Under the pieces are notes generated by a model that saw nothing but the letters and a program-made list of their open reading frames with translations, was not told the DNA's origin and did no database searches. From NCBI GenBank assembly GCA_002772745.1, contig PFDV01000008.1, forward strand, positions 21,828 through 85,827: a DNA stretch of 64,000 nucleotides, in the 5' to 3' direction. Each line of letters opens with the position of its first letter. Within the stretch, counting starts at the first letter, position 1. Shown one piece after another: positions 35,823 through 44,271 of the stretch. This stretch comes from Candidatus Peregrinibacteria bacterium CG10_big_fil_rev_8_21_14_0_10_55_24. GTDB taxonomy: Bacteria; Patescibacteriota; Gracilibacteria; Peribacterales; Peribacteraceae. The translations under genes were made by a program, and so were the position numbers.

Positions 35823-36323
35823 CTAATTTATTTTGTTGAGAAGGTGACCAAACCATGCGACAAGTTCTGTAACCTTTCCCGCATGGAGCAATGGAAGCGG
35901 CGTTGGATGCTCAATCCGAAATATTTTTCCGTTTTCGAGCGTTACTCTGACGCTATTGTCGCCCATGACATCAATCTTTGAAACAGGAGAATCATACGTT
36001 TTCTTGCCGTAATTCCAAAGCGTCGGACCACCACATCCGTACTGGCTCAAATATGTCTTGCGACCATCGAATACGTACTCTCTTTGACCAAGCGTTGTAG
36101 CTCCGAGTTTTTTACCAACAACGATGTCATCATAGAAACACCCCGATAAAGTTCCTGAACCAATTCCATTTTGATTGCCGCACTCCTGAATAATTACCGA
36201 TACGGGAATACCATGTATTTTAAAAGCTTTCGATGGATACCTATCACAAGACTCAAGAACTTCATCTGGGTTTCCAACTTCTGGCGATTTGTACGGATTT
36301 ACTTCGGATATCTTCTCTGTCAT
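35823..36323 (-). CDS. Hypothetical protein (166 aa) encoded in an A+T-rich cassette
   Basis: It is the only long ORF in a compositionally distinct segment. It has its own GTGACA-17-TATTCT promoter-like site and an AAAGGAA ribosome-binding-like element. No family recognised. Confidence 0.6.
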   Translation of the reverse strand: MTEKISEVNPYKSPEVGNPDEVLESCDRYPSKAFKIHGIPVSVIIQECGNQNGIGSGTLSGCFYDDIVVGKKLGATTLGQREYVFDGRKTYLSQYGCGGPTLWNYGKKTYDSPVSKIDVMGDNSVRVTLENGKIFRIEHPTPLPLLHAGKVTELVAWFGHLLNKIN

Positions 36324-36328
36324 AAACT

Positions 36329-36343
36329 AAAGGAATTTCCTTT
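36329..36343. promoter_or_regulatory. Perfect palindrome AAAGGAA-T-TTCCTTT between the -10-like box and the start codon of the cassette gene (possible operator)
   Basis: Read directly from the sequence. It lies 5 nt upstream of ATG 36323 on the gene strand. Confidence 0.4.
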
Positions 36344-36344
36344 C

Positions 36345-36373
36345 AGAATAGCACAATTCACCATCTATGTCAC
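36345..36373 (-). promoter_or_regulatory. Sigma-70-like promoter GTGACA-17-TATTCT for the cassette gene
   Basis: Hexamers and the 17-nt spacing counted by hand on the minus strand. Confidence 0.45.
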
Positions 36374-36421
36374 TAGCCACCCACTACCAAGAAAAGCTTA
36401 AAGCGCCTAACACGCAGCGTA

Positions 36422-37132
36422 CTACAGCACATGTTCTCTCCTCCATCGCTCTATTTCGGCGTGATTGCCGTTGAGGAGCACATCAGGAACTGCGAATTCC
36501 TCAAATTTCTCCGGGCGCGTGTAGTGGGGGTATTCCCGCTTGCGCTTGAGACATGCAGAGAAGCTCTCCTCGTGAGCGGATTCATCCTTCCCCAGCACCC
36601 CAGGAATCTGCCGTGCCACGGCATCAATGAGCACCATGGCGGGGAGTTCCCCGCCCGTGAGTACGTAGTCGCCGATCGAAATCTCCTCATCGATCCACCC
36701 GCCGTCGATGACGCGCTGATCAATGCCTTCGTAGTGTCCGCAGAGCAGGAGCAGATGATCGTACGATCGAGCCATGCGCTCAACGCGCGTTTGCGTAAGA
36801 CGCTTACCACGCGGGGAGAGGAAAATCCTGTGCGGACGCTCCGCGCTTCCCGCACTTCCCTTACCTTCCTTACCTGCCGAACCTTCTGCACCTCCAGCAC
36901 CTTCCCCACTCACCTCCTCAATCGCCCGCACCACCACATCCGCTCTGAGAACCATACCCGCCCCGCCCCCGTACGGCCGGTCGTCGACTTGGCGGTAGCG
37001 ACCCAAACCCCACTGCCGCAAGTCGTGGCAATGGATGGAAATCCGCCCCTCCTCCTGCGCCCGCTTGAGAATGCTCTCGGTCAGGGGCCCTGTGAACATG
37101 CCTGGGAACAGCGTCAAGATGTCGATGCGCAT
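36422..37132 (-). CDS. trmD: tRNA (guanine37-N1)-methyltransferase, with an in-frame low-complexity insertion
   Basis: [69 protein letters not shown] and NHAEIERWR. The insertion is [24 protein letters not shown]. Confidence 0.95.
   Translation of the reverse strand: MRIDILTLFPGMFTGPLTESILKRAQEEGRISIHCHDLRQWGLGRYRQVDDRPYGGGAGMVLRADVVVRAIEEVSGEGAGGAEGSAGKEGKGSAGSAERPHRIFLSPRGKRLTQTRVERMARSYDHLLLLCGHYEGIDQRVIDGGWIDEEISIGDYVLTGGELPAMVLIDAVARQIPGVLGKDESAHEESFSACLKRKREYPHYTRPEKFEEFAVPDVLLNGNHAEIERWRREHVL
36837..36908 (+). repeat. 9-bp-period array inside the trmD coding sequence (8 units, in frame)
   Basis: Units: cgctccgcg cttcccgca cttccctta ccttcctta cctgccgaa ccttctgca cctccagca ccttcccca. 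Positions 36881..36905 are identical to 63153..63177 (25 nt). Confidence 0.9.
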
Positions 37133-37140
37133 GCGGAATC

Positions 37141-37148
37141 AGTATAGA
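37141..37148. promoter_or_regulatory. Overlapping divergent -10-like boxes: TATACT for trmD (minus) and TATAGA for the GT2 gene (plus)
   Basis: The sequence agtataga sits in the 26-nt trmD/GT2 intergenic spacer, 8 nt from ATG 37132 and 10 nt from ATG 37159. Confidence 0.4.
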
Positions 37149-37158
37149 GTAGGACCCC

Positions 37159-38127
37159 ATGGAGAAAGCCATGTTTTCCGTTCTCATTCCCACGTTCAAC
37201 CCACGCCCGGAGCACCTGCGCCAGGCGCTTGAACGCTTGCGCGCGCAAACGGAGACACGGTGGCAAGCGTTGGTCCATGACGATGCGTCGAATGTCGATG
37301 TCCGAGCAATGGTCGAACCGTACCTGAGCGATCCGCGAATGACGTTCCGACATTCCGAGAAACGCCTGGGGATCGGCGGAAACTGGAATGCGTGCGTAGC
37401 GCAGTCTCAAGAACCGATCGTTGCATTCCTATTCCAAGACGACTGGTGGGAACCGGAGTACCTGGAACGCGCACTCGCGGTCTTTCGGAAGCACGAGGAT
37501 ATCGGAATCGCCGCGCTCGCACACCACTACGCTATTGAGGATGACATCGTCACTGCGCAGGAATACCGGGAGCTTGAGGAGCTACGCAAACGCGAGCTCA
37601 CTCCAGGCAGGCAAGAAGGACGAGCGTTCCTCGAACAATGGGTGGAACGCGGGCTCAGGCCGAACATCATCGGTGAGCCGGATTTCGTCGTCATGCGCAG
37701 GAGTCTCATCGAAGAAACCGGCGCCTTTCACGAAGAGATGCCTCAGTCGCTGGACGCCGAGTACTGGGTACGCGCGCTCCGGCACACAAACTGGTACTTT
37801 GTCCCTGAGTTGTGCGGCACGTTCCGCGTGCATAGCGAAGGGGCGACTGCCCAAAATCGCGAACAGGGACAGGGGCTCTTCGACCGCTTCCGCATGCTCC
37901 AGCAATATATCGATGCGCTCCCCTCCGGGGAGCGCAAAAGAGCGGCGCTGCGCGCCCAGGTGAAACAGTTCCAAGAGATGGCTCAAAAATACCGTGGCAA
38001 ACGCGACCGCGGGGACACGATCACTCTGCGCGGTGCCGGCGCGCTCAAGCGGTTCTGTTTGCGCCACCCCCTTGTCGCCCTGCACACGCTGTGGCAGGTA
38101 CAGCGCAAGAACGCATCGAAAGCCTAA
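37159..38127 (+). CDS. Family 2 glycosyltransferase
   Basis: FSVLIPTFNPRPEHLRQALERLRAQT, VHDDASN and FLFQDDWW (the DxD region). Confidence 0.85.
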   Translation: MEKAMFSVLIPTFNPRPEHLRQALERLRAQTETRWQALVHDDASNVDVRAMVEPYLSDPRMTFRHSEKRLGIGGNWNACVAQSQEPIVAFLFQDDWWEPEYLERALAVFRKHEDIGIAALAHHYAIEDDIVTAQEYRELEELRKRELTPGRQEGRAFLEQWVERGLRPNIIGEPDFVVMRRSLIEETGAFHEEMPQSLDAEYWVRALRHTNWYFVPELCGTFRVHSEGATAQNREQGQGLFDRFRMLQQYIDALPSGERKRAALRAQVKQFQEMAQKYRGKRDRGDTITLRGAGALKRFCLRHPLVALHTLWQVQRKNASKA

Positions 38128-38795
38128 CGACGTCGTCCTCCCCGGACAATCCGACAGGAACCGTTGACGTGATCCCCGAAGCGCCGCTTCTCACCCTGCG
38201 AAAACCGCGCCCCCGCAGGAAATTCTTTCACGGGACCCTCGCCTAATGCATCACGCACACGGACGCGCAAATCCGCAAAAGTACTGCCAAAAGCCCAGGC
38301 GTCTCTGTCGCCCCCAAACCGCTCCTCACACTCAACGCGATCAAGATCTTCACGGACAAGACGAACCGAGGCACGAAAACCCGCGCGACGCTTTTTGGTT
38401 TGGCCATTCTGTTCTGCGTTATACAGAAGGAACAGAGCCCATTCCAACCGCTGGGCAATGCTCTCCACGGCATCGGCAGAACCTTCCTGATCGGAATCGA
38501 CCCCCGTATGATCGGGTTCCGAACGCAGGTACGCACCGGCACTCACCGAGCGGCTGAGGAGATTATCGTACGTTGCATCGTCTTCCCCCAGACAACGCAG
38601 CAAGCGATTATGGAACTCGCTTCGCAGGAGTTCTGCTCGGTAGAATGCTTGACTCTCATCGCTTTCCCTCCGTGTGAGCGCATTCGATTTGCCACGACGG
38701 CGATCCTCAATGCCACGCACATAGTACTCCAGGAGCCGCGCCAGAGATGGAGGCGGGAGCTTGTCATCGATGACGGGTGGAAACCTACGTTCCAT
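38124..38795 (-). CDS. Hypothetical protein (223 aa)
   Basis: This is the part of track ORF 38124..39161 downstream of Met 38795. The upstream part overlaps the RDD gene on the other strand and looks non-protein-like. Confidence 0.45.
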   Translation of the reverse strand: MERRFPPVIDDKLPPPSLARLLEYYVRGIEDRRRGKSNALTRRESDESQAFYRAELLRSEFHNRLLRCLGEDDATYDNLLSRSVSAGAYLRSEPDHTGVDSDQEGSADAVESIAQRLEWALFLLYNAEQNGQTKKRRAGFRASVRLVREDLDRVECEERFGGDRDAWAFGSTFADLRVRVRDALGEGPVKEFPAGARFSQGEKRRFGDHVNGSCRIVRGGRRR

Positions 38796-38841
38796 TGGGA
38801 CCTGTTGAGAATGGGAAAAACGAGAGCGCAATTCTAGAAAG

Positions 38842-39384
38842 ATGCGCTTCACAGTCAAGGAACTTGCGCCAGAAAACACTTCGTGGATTCGCGCACTTGA
38901 TGCGCTTGCACACAAAACCCACACTGGAACCATGTTCTCTAAGCACAAACTTGCAAGCAGGGATTTGCGCCTGTACGCCAAGCTCATCGACTGGGCACTG
39001 AATGGAGTGATTATGCTCATCATGATCATTGCGCTCTCTATCATGACCGTGGGATTCGCCATGGTGGATATCGCAGACATGCCCTGGCTTGTGCTCGTCG
39101 TCGCCATTGCGGTCATTGCGCTCTTCCTGCTCAACGCCGCGCAGTGGATCCTCATCGCCATGCGGGGTCAGACGATTGGGAAGATACTCATGCATATCCG
39201 CATCGTGGACGCACGAACGCATAAGATCCCCACAGTCGTACGCTCGCTGCTCCTGAGAACCTGGCTCAACTCGTGCTTAAACTCGAGCGGCGTTTATTTC
39301 TTGGTGGATGTGCTCCTCATCTTCCGAGAAGACCGCCGCTGTATCCACGACTTCATCGCAGGAACGATCGTACGGGATACATGA
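38842..39384 (+). CDS. RDD family membrane protein
   Basis: RLYAKLIDWALNGVIMLIMI..., MRGQTIGKILMHIRIVD and DRRCIHDFIAGTIV, the characteristic RDD topology and motifs. The start may be Met 38932. Confidence 0.7.
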   Translation: MRFTVKELAPENTSWIRALDALAHKTHTGTMFSKHKLASRDLRLYAKLIDWALNGVIMLIMIIALSIMTVGFAMVDIADMPWLVLVVAIAVIALFLLNAAQWILIAMRGQTIGKILMHIRIVDARTHKIPTVVRSLLLRTWLNSCLNSSGVYFLVDVLLIFREDRRCIHDFIAGTIVRDT

Positions 39385-39440
39385 GGGAATCGCAGAATCT
39401 GCTGATCTCTTGACAGCCCCGCTATGCTGAAGCACAGCGT

Positions 39441-39860
39441 ATGCGCAGACATCCAGACTCCATCAAGAATCCCGAAAGACTTGTATGGGTGGAGGGCGTT
39501 CCTGTCCGCCGCCCATCGCACATCACGGGCACCGGAACCATTGATGACCCCTTCATGCCCGCTAACGACGCAGATTCCCCGGGGCGCATTGCAGCCTTCA
39601 CTAGACTGGCTGCCTGTGTAGGGCAGAAACCCTACTGCTACCGCAGCGTAGACGGCTCGCTCGTCTTCTCCTTTCCGGGGACAGACCACGTCATTACGCT
39701 GCGAACACGAGAGCAAATCGATGCCTTCCGCAAAGAGATGGAACAGATCCTATGTCATGGACCCGCGACGATTCCCTTTATTGGAATACGGAGCACAGGG
39801 AAGCAACATCCCGAAGACCCACCTCCTCCACGAGAGTCGTCTGCGCGGCGCGGCGCGTAG
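39441..39860 (+). CDS. Hypothetical protein (139 aa)
   Basis: Track ORF. Its 3' end overlaps the korB 3' end by about 80 nt, so the real stop or the reality of the ORF is uncertain. Confidence 0.35.
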   Translation: MRRHPDSIKNPERLVWVEGVPVRRPSHITGTGTIDDPFMPANDADSPGRIAAFTRLAACVGQKPYCYRSVDGSLVFSFPGTDHVITLRTREQIDAFRKEMEQILCHGPATIPFIGIRSTGKQHPEDPPPPRESSARRGA

Positions 39861-40664
39861 CAAGCTGGTGCATGAAGGAAGGAACCGCGGATTGACAGTA
39901 GAGCACACCGGTCACGATACGCCCCGTGGTATCCACAGCCAGTGCGCGCGCCCGGGAGAGATCCGCAGCATCGTACTTCTCTCCTGCAATATCGAAGCAG
40001 CGCTCCATCAGATACTCGTGCGTTGCGAAGCGGTTGTACGTGGGACACGCCTGCAGCACATCCACGTAGGAGAATCCGCGATGTTCGATTGCGGCTTTGA
40101 AGATGGTCGTAAGTTGCGGAATGGCACCGCTGAATCCCCGCGCGACGAACGTGGGTTCCAGGCTGAAGACGAAATCCATGCTGTTGAGCGTACGTTCAGG
40201 AATACCTTCAGGCGAAGAGTTCATTGGTTGTCCCTGGGGAGTGAGAGCGCTCGCCTGCCCCGTGGTCAGTCCGTAGTTGGCGTTGTTATGGAGAATGAAC
40301 GTGATGTCATAGTTACTGCGGATGCCGTGTACCAAATGCCCGATGCCCTCGGAGAAGCTGGCACCATCTCCCCCCAGCGCAATGACTGTTAATTCCGGAT
40401 TGGCGATCTTGGCTCCGGCAGCCAGCGGGATAACCCTTCCATGGAGTCCGTGGAAGCGGTACCCGAGGATCTTGTCACTCATATTCCCGTGACACCCCAC
40501 ATCGAAGCAGAGAAGCACGTTCCACGGATCAATTCCAAGCTCAACAAGCGCGCGCTTGAGCGCGGACCAGATGCCGTAGTTGCCACATCCGTCACACCAG
40601 GTACACGGGTGATCACTCGTGTAGGCGCGCATAGCCGGGCCGGAGAGAGGAATGCGATCCACCA
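39778..40664 (-). CDS. korB: 2-oxoacid:ferredoxin oxidoreductase, beta (TPP-binding) subunit
   Basis: TWCDGCGNYGI, ALGGDGASFSEGIGHLVH, ILHNNANYGLTTGQ and VLQACPTYN. The start, ATG 40664, abuts the stop of the SLH gene. Confidence 0.9.
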
Positions 40665-41915
40665 TCAGGGAAGCCAAGGGGAAAGGTCGTACGTCTCCGT
40701 GCGAATGACGGGAAAAAGCGAAACCCCTTCTTGCAGTCGATGCACGGCAACGCTCAATTGGCCATCGGAAGACAGGTGCATATCCCCTGCAAAGAGGGCC
40801 GCACCGTAGCTGGGGGCAGAAGCGAATGTCTCTCCAGAAGCAGCGTACGCAACGGTGTGTATTTGCCGCGTACGCAGTTCCAAGAGTTCGATACGACTCC
40901 CGTCCGCGGAGAGGAAGACAAAGGCCTGGTAGCCGGGGAGGATCCATCCGGAATCCTGCGCGGTCTCCACATGGGCGACTTGTTGCAGTTGCCTCTCGGC
41001 CACATTGAACACCCAGAGTTCTGATCCTGTATCACCGCTACGGGACGCTTGCCGGAGGAATACATGACCATCCACGACAGGGGCTTTCTCTCCGTCATCA
41101 AATGTTTCGGGGACAAGGAGAGCCAACGCACCCTCGATGAATGGGGATACCTGCCGGTACGGATTGGCATCTGTGCTCAGGACGCATGTGCTGTCTGCAA
41201 TCCCTTCATCGTCAGCCGGCATAATGCCCAAGAGCGTTTGCATGCCGACTGCATCGGTCTGCAACCGCACGGAAGCAATCTCGCGATCGGCACAGTCGTC
41301 ACCGGAGAGAATAGAGGAGACTGCATCCTGGGATACGAGAGCTTGGTAGAGGTACGCGGCAATATCTTTACGGGGCACCGGAGCATCCAAACGCACACCC
41401 GAAGAAGACGTCAGGGCACCCGGAGGAAGAATGTTTCGTGCAATCGCGGCATCGAGGTACGGGGCGAACCATGCTTCCGGATCATAGAGTCCGGTATCTC
41501 CCAACTGCACAGCATCGTAGCCACGAGCCTTCACAAGCATCTTCAGTGCCTCGACAAGGTTGACAGGATCGCCGGGCCGGAACATTCCGTCGGCGTACCC
41601 CTGCACCCACCCTTGCTGAGCCGCAAAGCACACGGCGGGTGCGAACCACTCCGTATGCACATCGGGAAAACAATCATGGTATTCCTGCGGACTGAGTTGT
41701 CTTCCGCTGATACTCACAAAGAGTTTCATGAGCTCTGCGCGGTTAACTTTTGTATCGGGACGGAACGTGCCGTCGGGATATCCGCTCATCACCCCTTCTT
41801 CCTGCAAATACCCGATAGATCGTGCGTAGGCATGCCCTGGAGAAACATCCGGATACGCCGCAGATGCGGGAAGTGCCCAGAAGAGAAAACTGATGAGGAG
41901 GAACATGCGCACCAT
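40665..41915 (-). CDS. Secreted S-layer-homology (SLH) domain protein
   Basis: Signal peptide MVRMFLLISFLFWALPASA, then two or three SLH repeats (YPDVSPGHAYARSIGYLQEEGVMSGYPDGTFRPDTKVNRAE; FPDVHTEWFAPAVCFAAQQGWVQGYADGMFRP). Confidence 0.8.
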   Translation of the reverse strand: MVRMFLLISFLFWALPASAAYPDVSPGHAYARSIGYLQEEGVMSGYPDGTFRPDTKVNRAELMKLFVSISGRQLSPQEYHDCFPDVHTEWFAPAVCFAAQQGWVQGYADGMFRPGDPVNLVEALKMLVKARGYDAVQLGDTGLYDPEAWFAPYLDAAIARNILPPGALTSSSGVRLDAPVPRKDIAAYLYQALVSQDAVSSILSGDDCADREIASVRLQTDAVGMQTLLGIMPADDEGIADSTCVLSTDANPYRQVSPFIEGALALLVPETFDDGEKAPVVDGHVFLRQASRSGDTGSELWVFNVAERQLQQVAHVETAQDSGWILPGYQAFVFLSADGSRIELLELRTRQIHTVAYAASGETFASAPSYGAALFAGDMHLSSDGQLSVAVHRLQEGVSLFPVIRTETYDLSPWLP

Positions 41916-41918
41916 AAC

Positions 41919-43724
41919 TTAGGAGAGCAGAGAAGTAAGACGGACAACCAGGTCTGTGGAGGAAAACGCCCGACCATCATACGCAAGAATGCGATCGTTG
42001 ATCGTCGTTATACCATGCATGGCAAGAAGCATATGGAGTTGGCCTTGCTGATTCCCCTCAACGAGCACTCTGCGTTTTGCACGAGCAGCAAGCGCACGGA
42101 CCCGTTCTGTTTTGAGTGGCCAGAGATATGTGTAGTGAAGATATCCGATAACCGAGGAAACATGCGTCGCGGTCAACTCTTCCAGAGCATCAAGGGCTGC
42201 GCCCTTCGTACTCCCCCAACCCACGACAAGGAGATCTATTTGACTTCCTGCACTTTCCGCACCTTCCAACCCAATCTCCCCATCTCTCGCCACCCACAAC
42301 TCCGGACCAGGCAATGATTGCTGCAACACTTTCATCTTACGCATGCGTTTCTCCATCTGCGCCTTGGCATTCTGCGCCGATTCTTCGAAGGACCCATCGG
42401 GCGCGTGCTCGTAGCTCTGCGCGCAGTATGTCGCCGCCTTCGTCCCGGGGAGCCAGCGAGGCGAGACGCCGTTCTCCTCATCCGTCGCGTAGCGATCGGC
42501 AGAGGTGAGACTGGCGAGCTTGCGAGCATCCGTCACGAGCGCACCACGGCGCAGCTGAGTGCGATCCATGGGAAAGTGCTCCACGACCGAGATGGCCTCC
42601 GCGGTGTGTTTGTCCGTGAGAACAATCACGGGGAGCTGCCACTCTTCGGCCAAGTTGAATGCTTCCGGCATCAGGGAAAATGCGTCCACGGCATCGCTCA
42701 CGGAAAGCACGACGCGCGGAAACTCTCCGTGGCCACTCCCAACCGCAAGGAGTAAGTCCCCCTGTGCTGTCCACGTGGGGAGTCCCGTCCCAGGACCGGG
42801 ACGCTGCGCGAGCACAATGACAAGGGGTGTCTCAGAAATACCGCACATCGATACGGTTTCTGTCATCAGGTCGTAGCCACCGCCCGAGGTGGCCGTTGCC
42901 GCGCGCGTTCCGGCGTGCATCGCACCCACGGTCATCTGCACCGCAGTGATCTCGTCCTCGGCCTGCTTGATTACCATGCCGGATTGCTTCTGAATATCGG
43001 CAAGGAAGGAGAGGAGCGGCGATGCAGGGGTCATGGGATACCCCGCGAAGAATCTGCATCCCGCGTGCACCATCCCCAAACCCATAGCCTGACTCCCTGT
43101 GAGGAGCAGTTGATTTTTCCAACGATCATCGGGCTTTGGGAGTGAAAGCCGCAATGCTTCCGCCTGCTCCTGAGCAAACGCCCATCCCGCATCGATACAT
43201 GCAAGGTTCTGTGCAAGCAGATCCTTCTTGTGTCCAAAACGTTCCTGAACGAGCGCGAAGAGTTCCTCCTTGGCACGACCGAGAATGGCCCACACCACCG
43301 CCGTAATGAGCACATTCCCTAAGATCGGCTTGGCATGAAGCTTTGCGAGAATTTCCTCCGTCGGCAGGTAGAGGACGGAAATCTCCCGGTCTCTGAGGTA
43401 CTCTTGATCTTCTGGACGCTCAAAGGTCCATTGGAGCGTCTGGTGGAGCAGCACGCCCCCCGGCTTGAGATCATGGAGATTGAAAAGGATGCCATGGTGG
43501 TTAAAAGAAACAACAACATCTACGAGTGCAGAGGAACTGCGAACCAGACTGTCACTGACATCCAGTTGGTAACTGCTATGTCCGCCCTTGATCAACGATG
43601 CATACTCACGATTGCCGAACACGCAGTACCCCGCACGCTTGAGACCCTTTGCCACCATCTCCCCCACGGAGTTCACTCCCTGGCCTTGGGCGCCGACGAT
43701 CTTGAAAGCGATACGATTAGCCAT
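41919..43724 (-). CDS. korA: 2-oxoacid:ferredoxin oxidoreductase, alpha subunit (gamma-alpha fusion type)
   Basis: N-terminal POR gamma-like KIVGAQGQGVNSVGEM, then the alpha domains (FFAGYPMTPAS, ATSGGGYDLMTE, VVGWGSTKGA). Confidence 0.9.
   Translation of the reverse strand: MANRIAFKIVGAQGQGVNSVGEMVAKGLKRAGYCVFGNREYASLIKGGHSSYQLDVSDSLVRSSSALVDVVVSFNHHGILFNLHDLKPGGVLLHQTLQWTFERPEDQEYLRDREISVLYLPTEEILAKLHAKPILGNVLITAVVWAILGRAKEELFALVQERFGHKKDLLAQNLACIDAGWAFAQEQAEALRLSLPKPDDRWKNQLLLTGSQAMGLGMVHAGCRFFAGYPMTPASPLLSFLADIQKQSGMVIKQAEDEITAVQMTVGAMHAGTRAATATSGGGYDLMTETVSMCGISETPLVIVLAQRPGPGTGLPTWTAQGDLLLAVGSGHGEFPRVVLSVSDAVDAFSLMPEAFNLAEEWQLPVIVLTDKHTAEAISVVEHFPMDRTQLRRGALVTDARKLASLTSADRYATDEENGVSPRWLPGTKAATYCAQSYEHAPDGSFEESAQNAKAQMEKRMRKMKVLQQSLPGPELWVARDGEIGLEGAESAGSQIDLLVVGWGSTKGAALDALEELTATHVSSVIGYLHYTYLWPLKTERVRALAARAKRRVLVEGNQQGQLHMLLAMHGITTINDRILAYDGRAFSSTDLVVRLTSLLS
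42244..42270 (+). repeat. 9-bp-period array inside the korA coding sequence (3 units, in frame)
   Basis: Units: cttcctgca ctttccgca ccttccaac. They encode GLEGAESAG on the gene strand. Confidence 0.7.
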
Positions 43725-43742
43725 ACCAAGGAAAGAGAGTGA

Positions 43743-44204
43743 TCACGCAGCAAGGAGGAGGATAGCGAGTTTTTCCCCCCACTTGCGCACTTTCTCCTCT
43801 TGACCATACGGTTCGTTAACCATGAGGAGTGGCGAGCCAAGAGGTTTCCCCCCGTGGTGGAGCACGAACTGCATCAGGCGCTCCGTCGCACGACAGGAAT
43901 AGTAGTAACGATCGTCACCCAGTGCGATGAGTACACAAGGTTTCTCACGGAGTTCTATGTCCTTTGCACGATGGTTGAGCAATGCATCCATATGCACGTG
44001 AAGTTGCCCTTCACTCCCCCCTGTATTCCATGTGCCACTGGCAAGCAGGAGTGCATCCCCAACAAGCAGATCTTCGGGGGCACACGTCTCCGCACGGCGG
44101 AGGGTCACCGTGATCCCCTGCTTGGCAAGTACAGGAACAAGCGCCTGGAGCACGTACTCCGTATGACCGGTGGAGGTAGCGTAGATGGCGGTAAGTGAAA
44201 CCAT
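43743..44204 (-). CDS. Short-chain flavodoxin
   Basis: AIYATSTGHTEYV (FMN phosphate loop), LLLASGTWNTGG and LIALGDDRYY. Start at ATG 44204 (or 44216). Confidence 0.8.
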   Translation of the reverse strand: MVSLTAIYATSTGHTEYVLQALVPVLAKQGITVTLRRAETCAPEDLLVGDALLLASGTWNTGGSEGQLHVHMDALLNHRAKDIELREKPCVLIALGDDRYYYSCRATERLMQFVLHHGGKPLGSPLLMVNEPYGQEEKVRKWGEKLAILLLAA

Positions 44205-44271
44205 GGATACAGTCATTGTAGCGGCCAGACCATTTGCAGGGAAAAGAGGAAACCGATACCCTTTCCCCACC

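Larger units (their letters stand above)
35801..36402. other. A+T-rich single-gene cassette bounded by perfect 17-bp inverted repeats (TTTAAGCTTTTCTTGGT at 35801..35817; ACCAAGAAAAGCTTAAA at 36386..36402)
   Basis: Exact reverse-complement match verified by hand. The interior is visibly A+T-rich: 25/60 G+C in 36241..36300, against 33/60 in trmD at 36481..36540. Confidence 0.7.

Noticed and set aside
35801-36402. Calling the inverted-repeat-flanked cassette an insertion sequence
   Set aside because: The only ORF has no DDE, HUH or serine/tyrosine recombinase motifs that I can recognise, and no target-site duplication is evident. It is reported as an unexplained cassette instead.
38796-39161. 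Upstream third of minus-strand track ORF 38124..39161
   Set aside because: It overlaps the RDD-family gene on the plus strand and reads as Met/Ile/Ser-rich nonsense. Met 38795 gives a sensible start.
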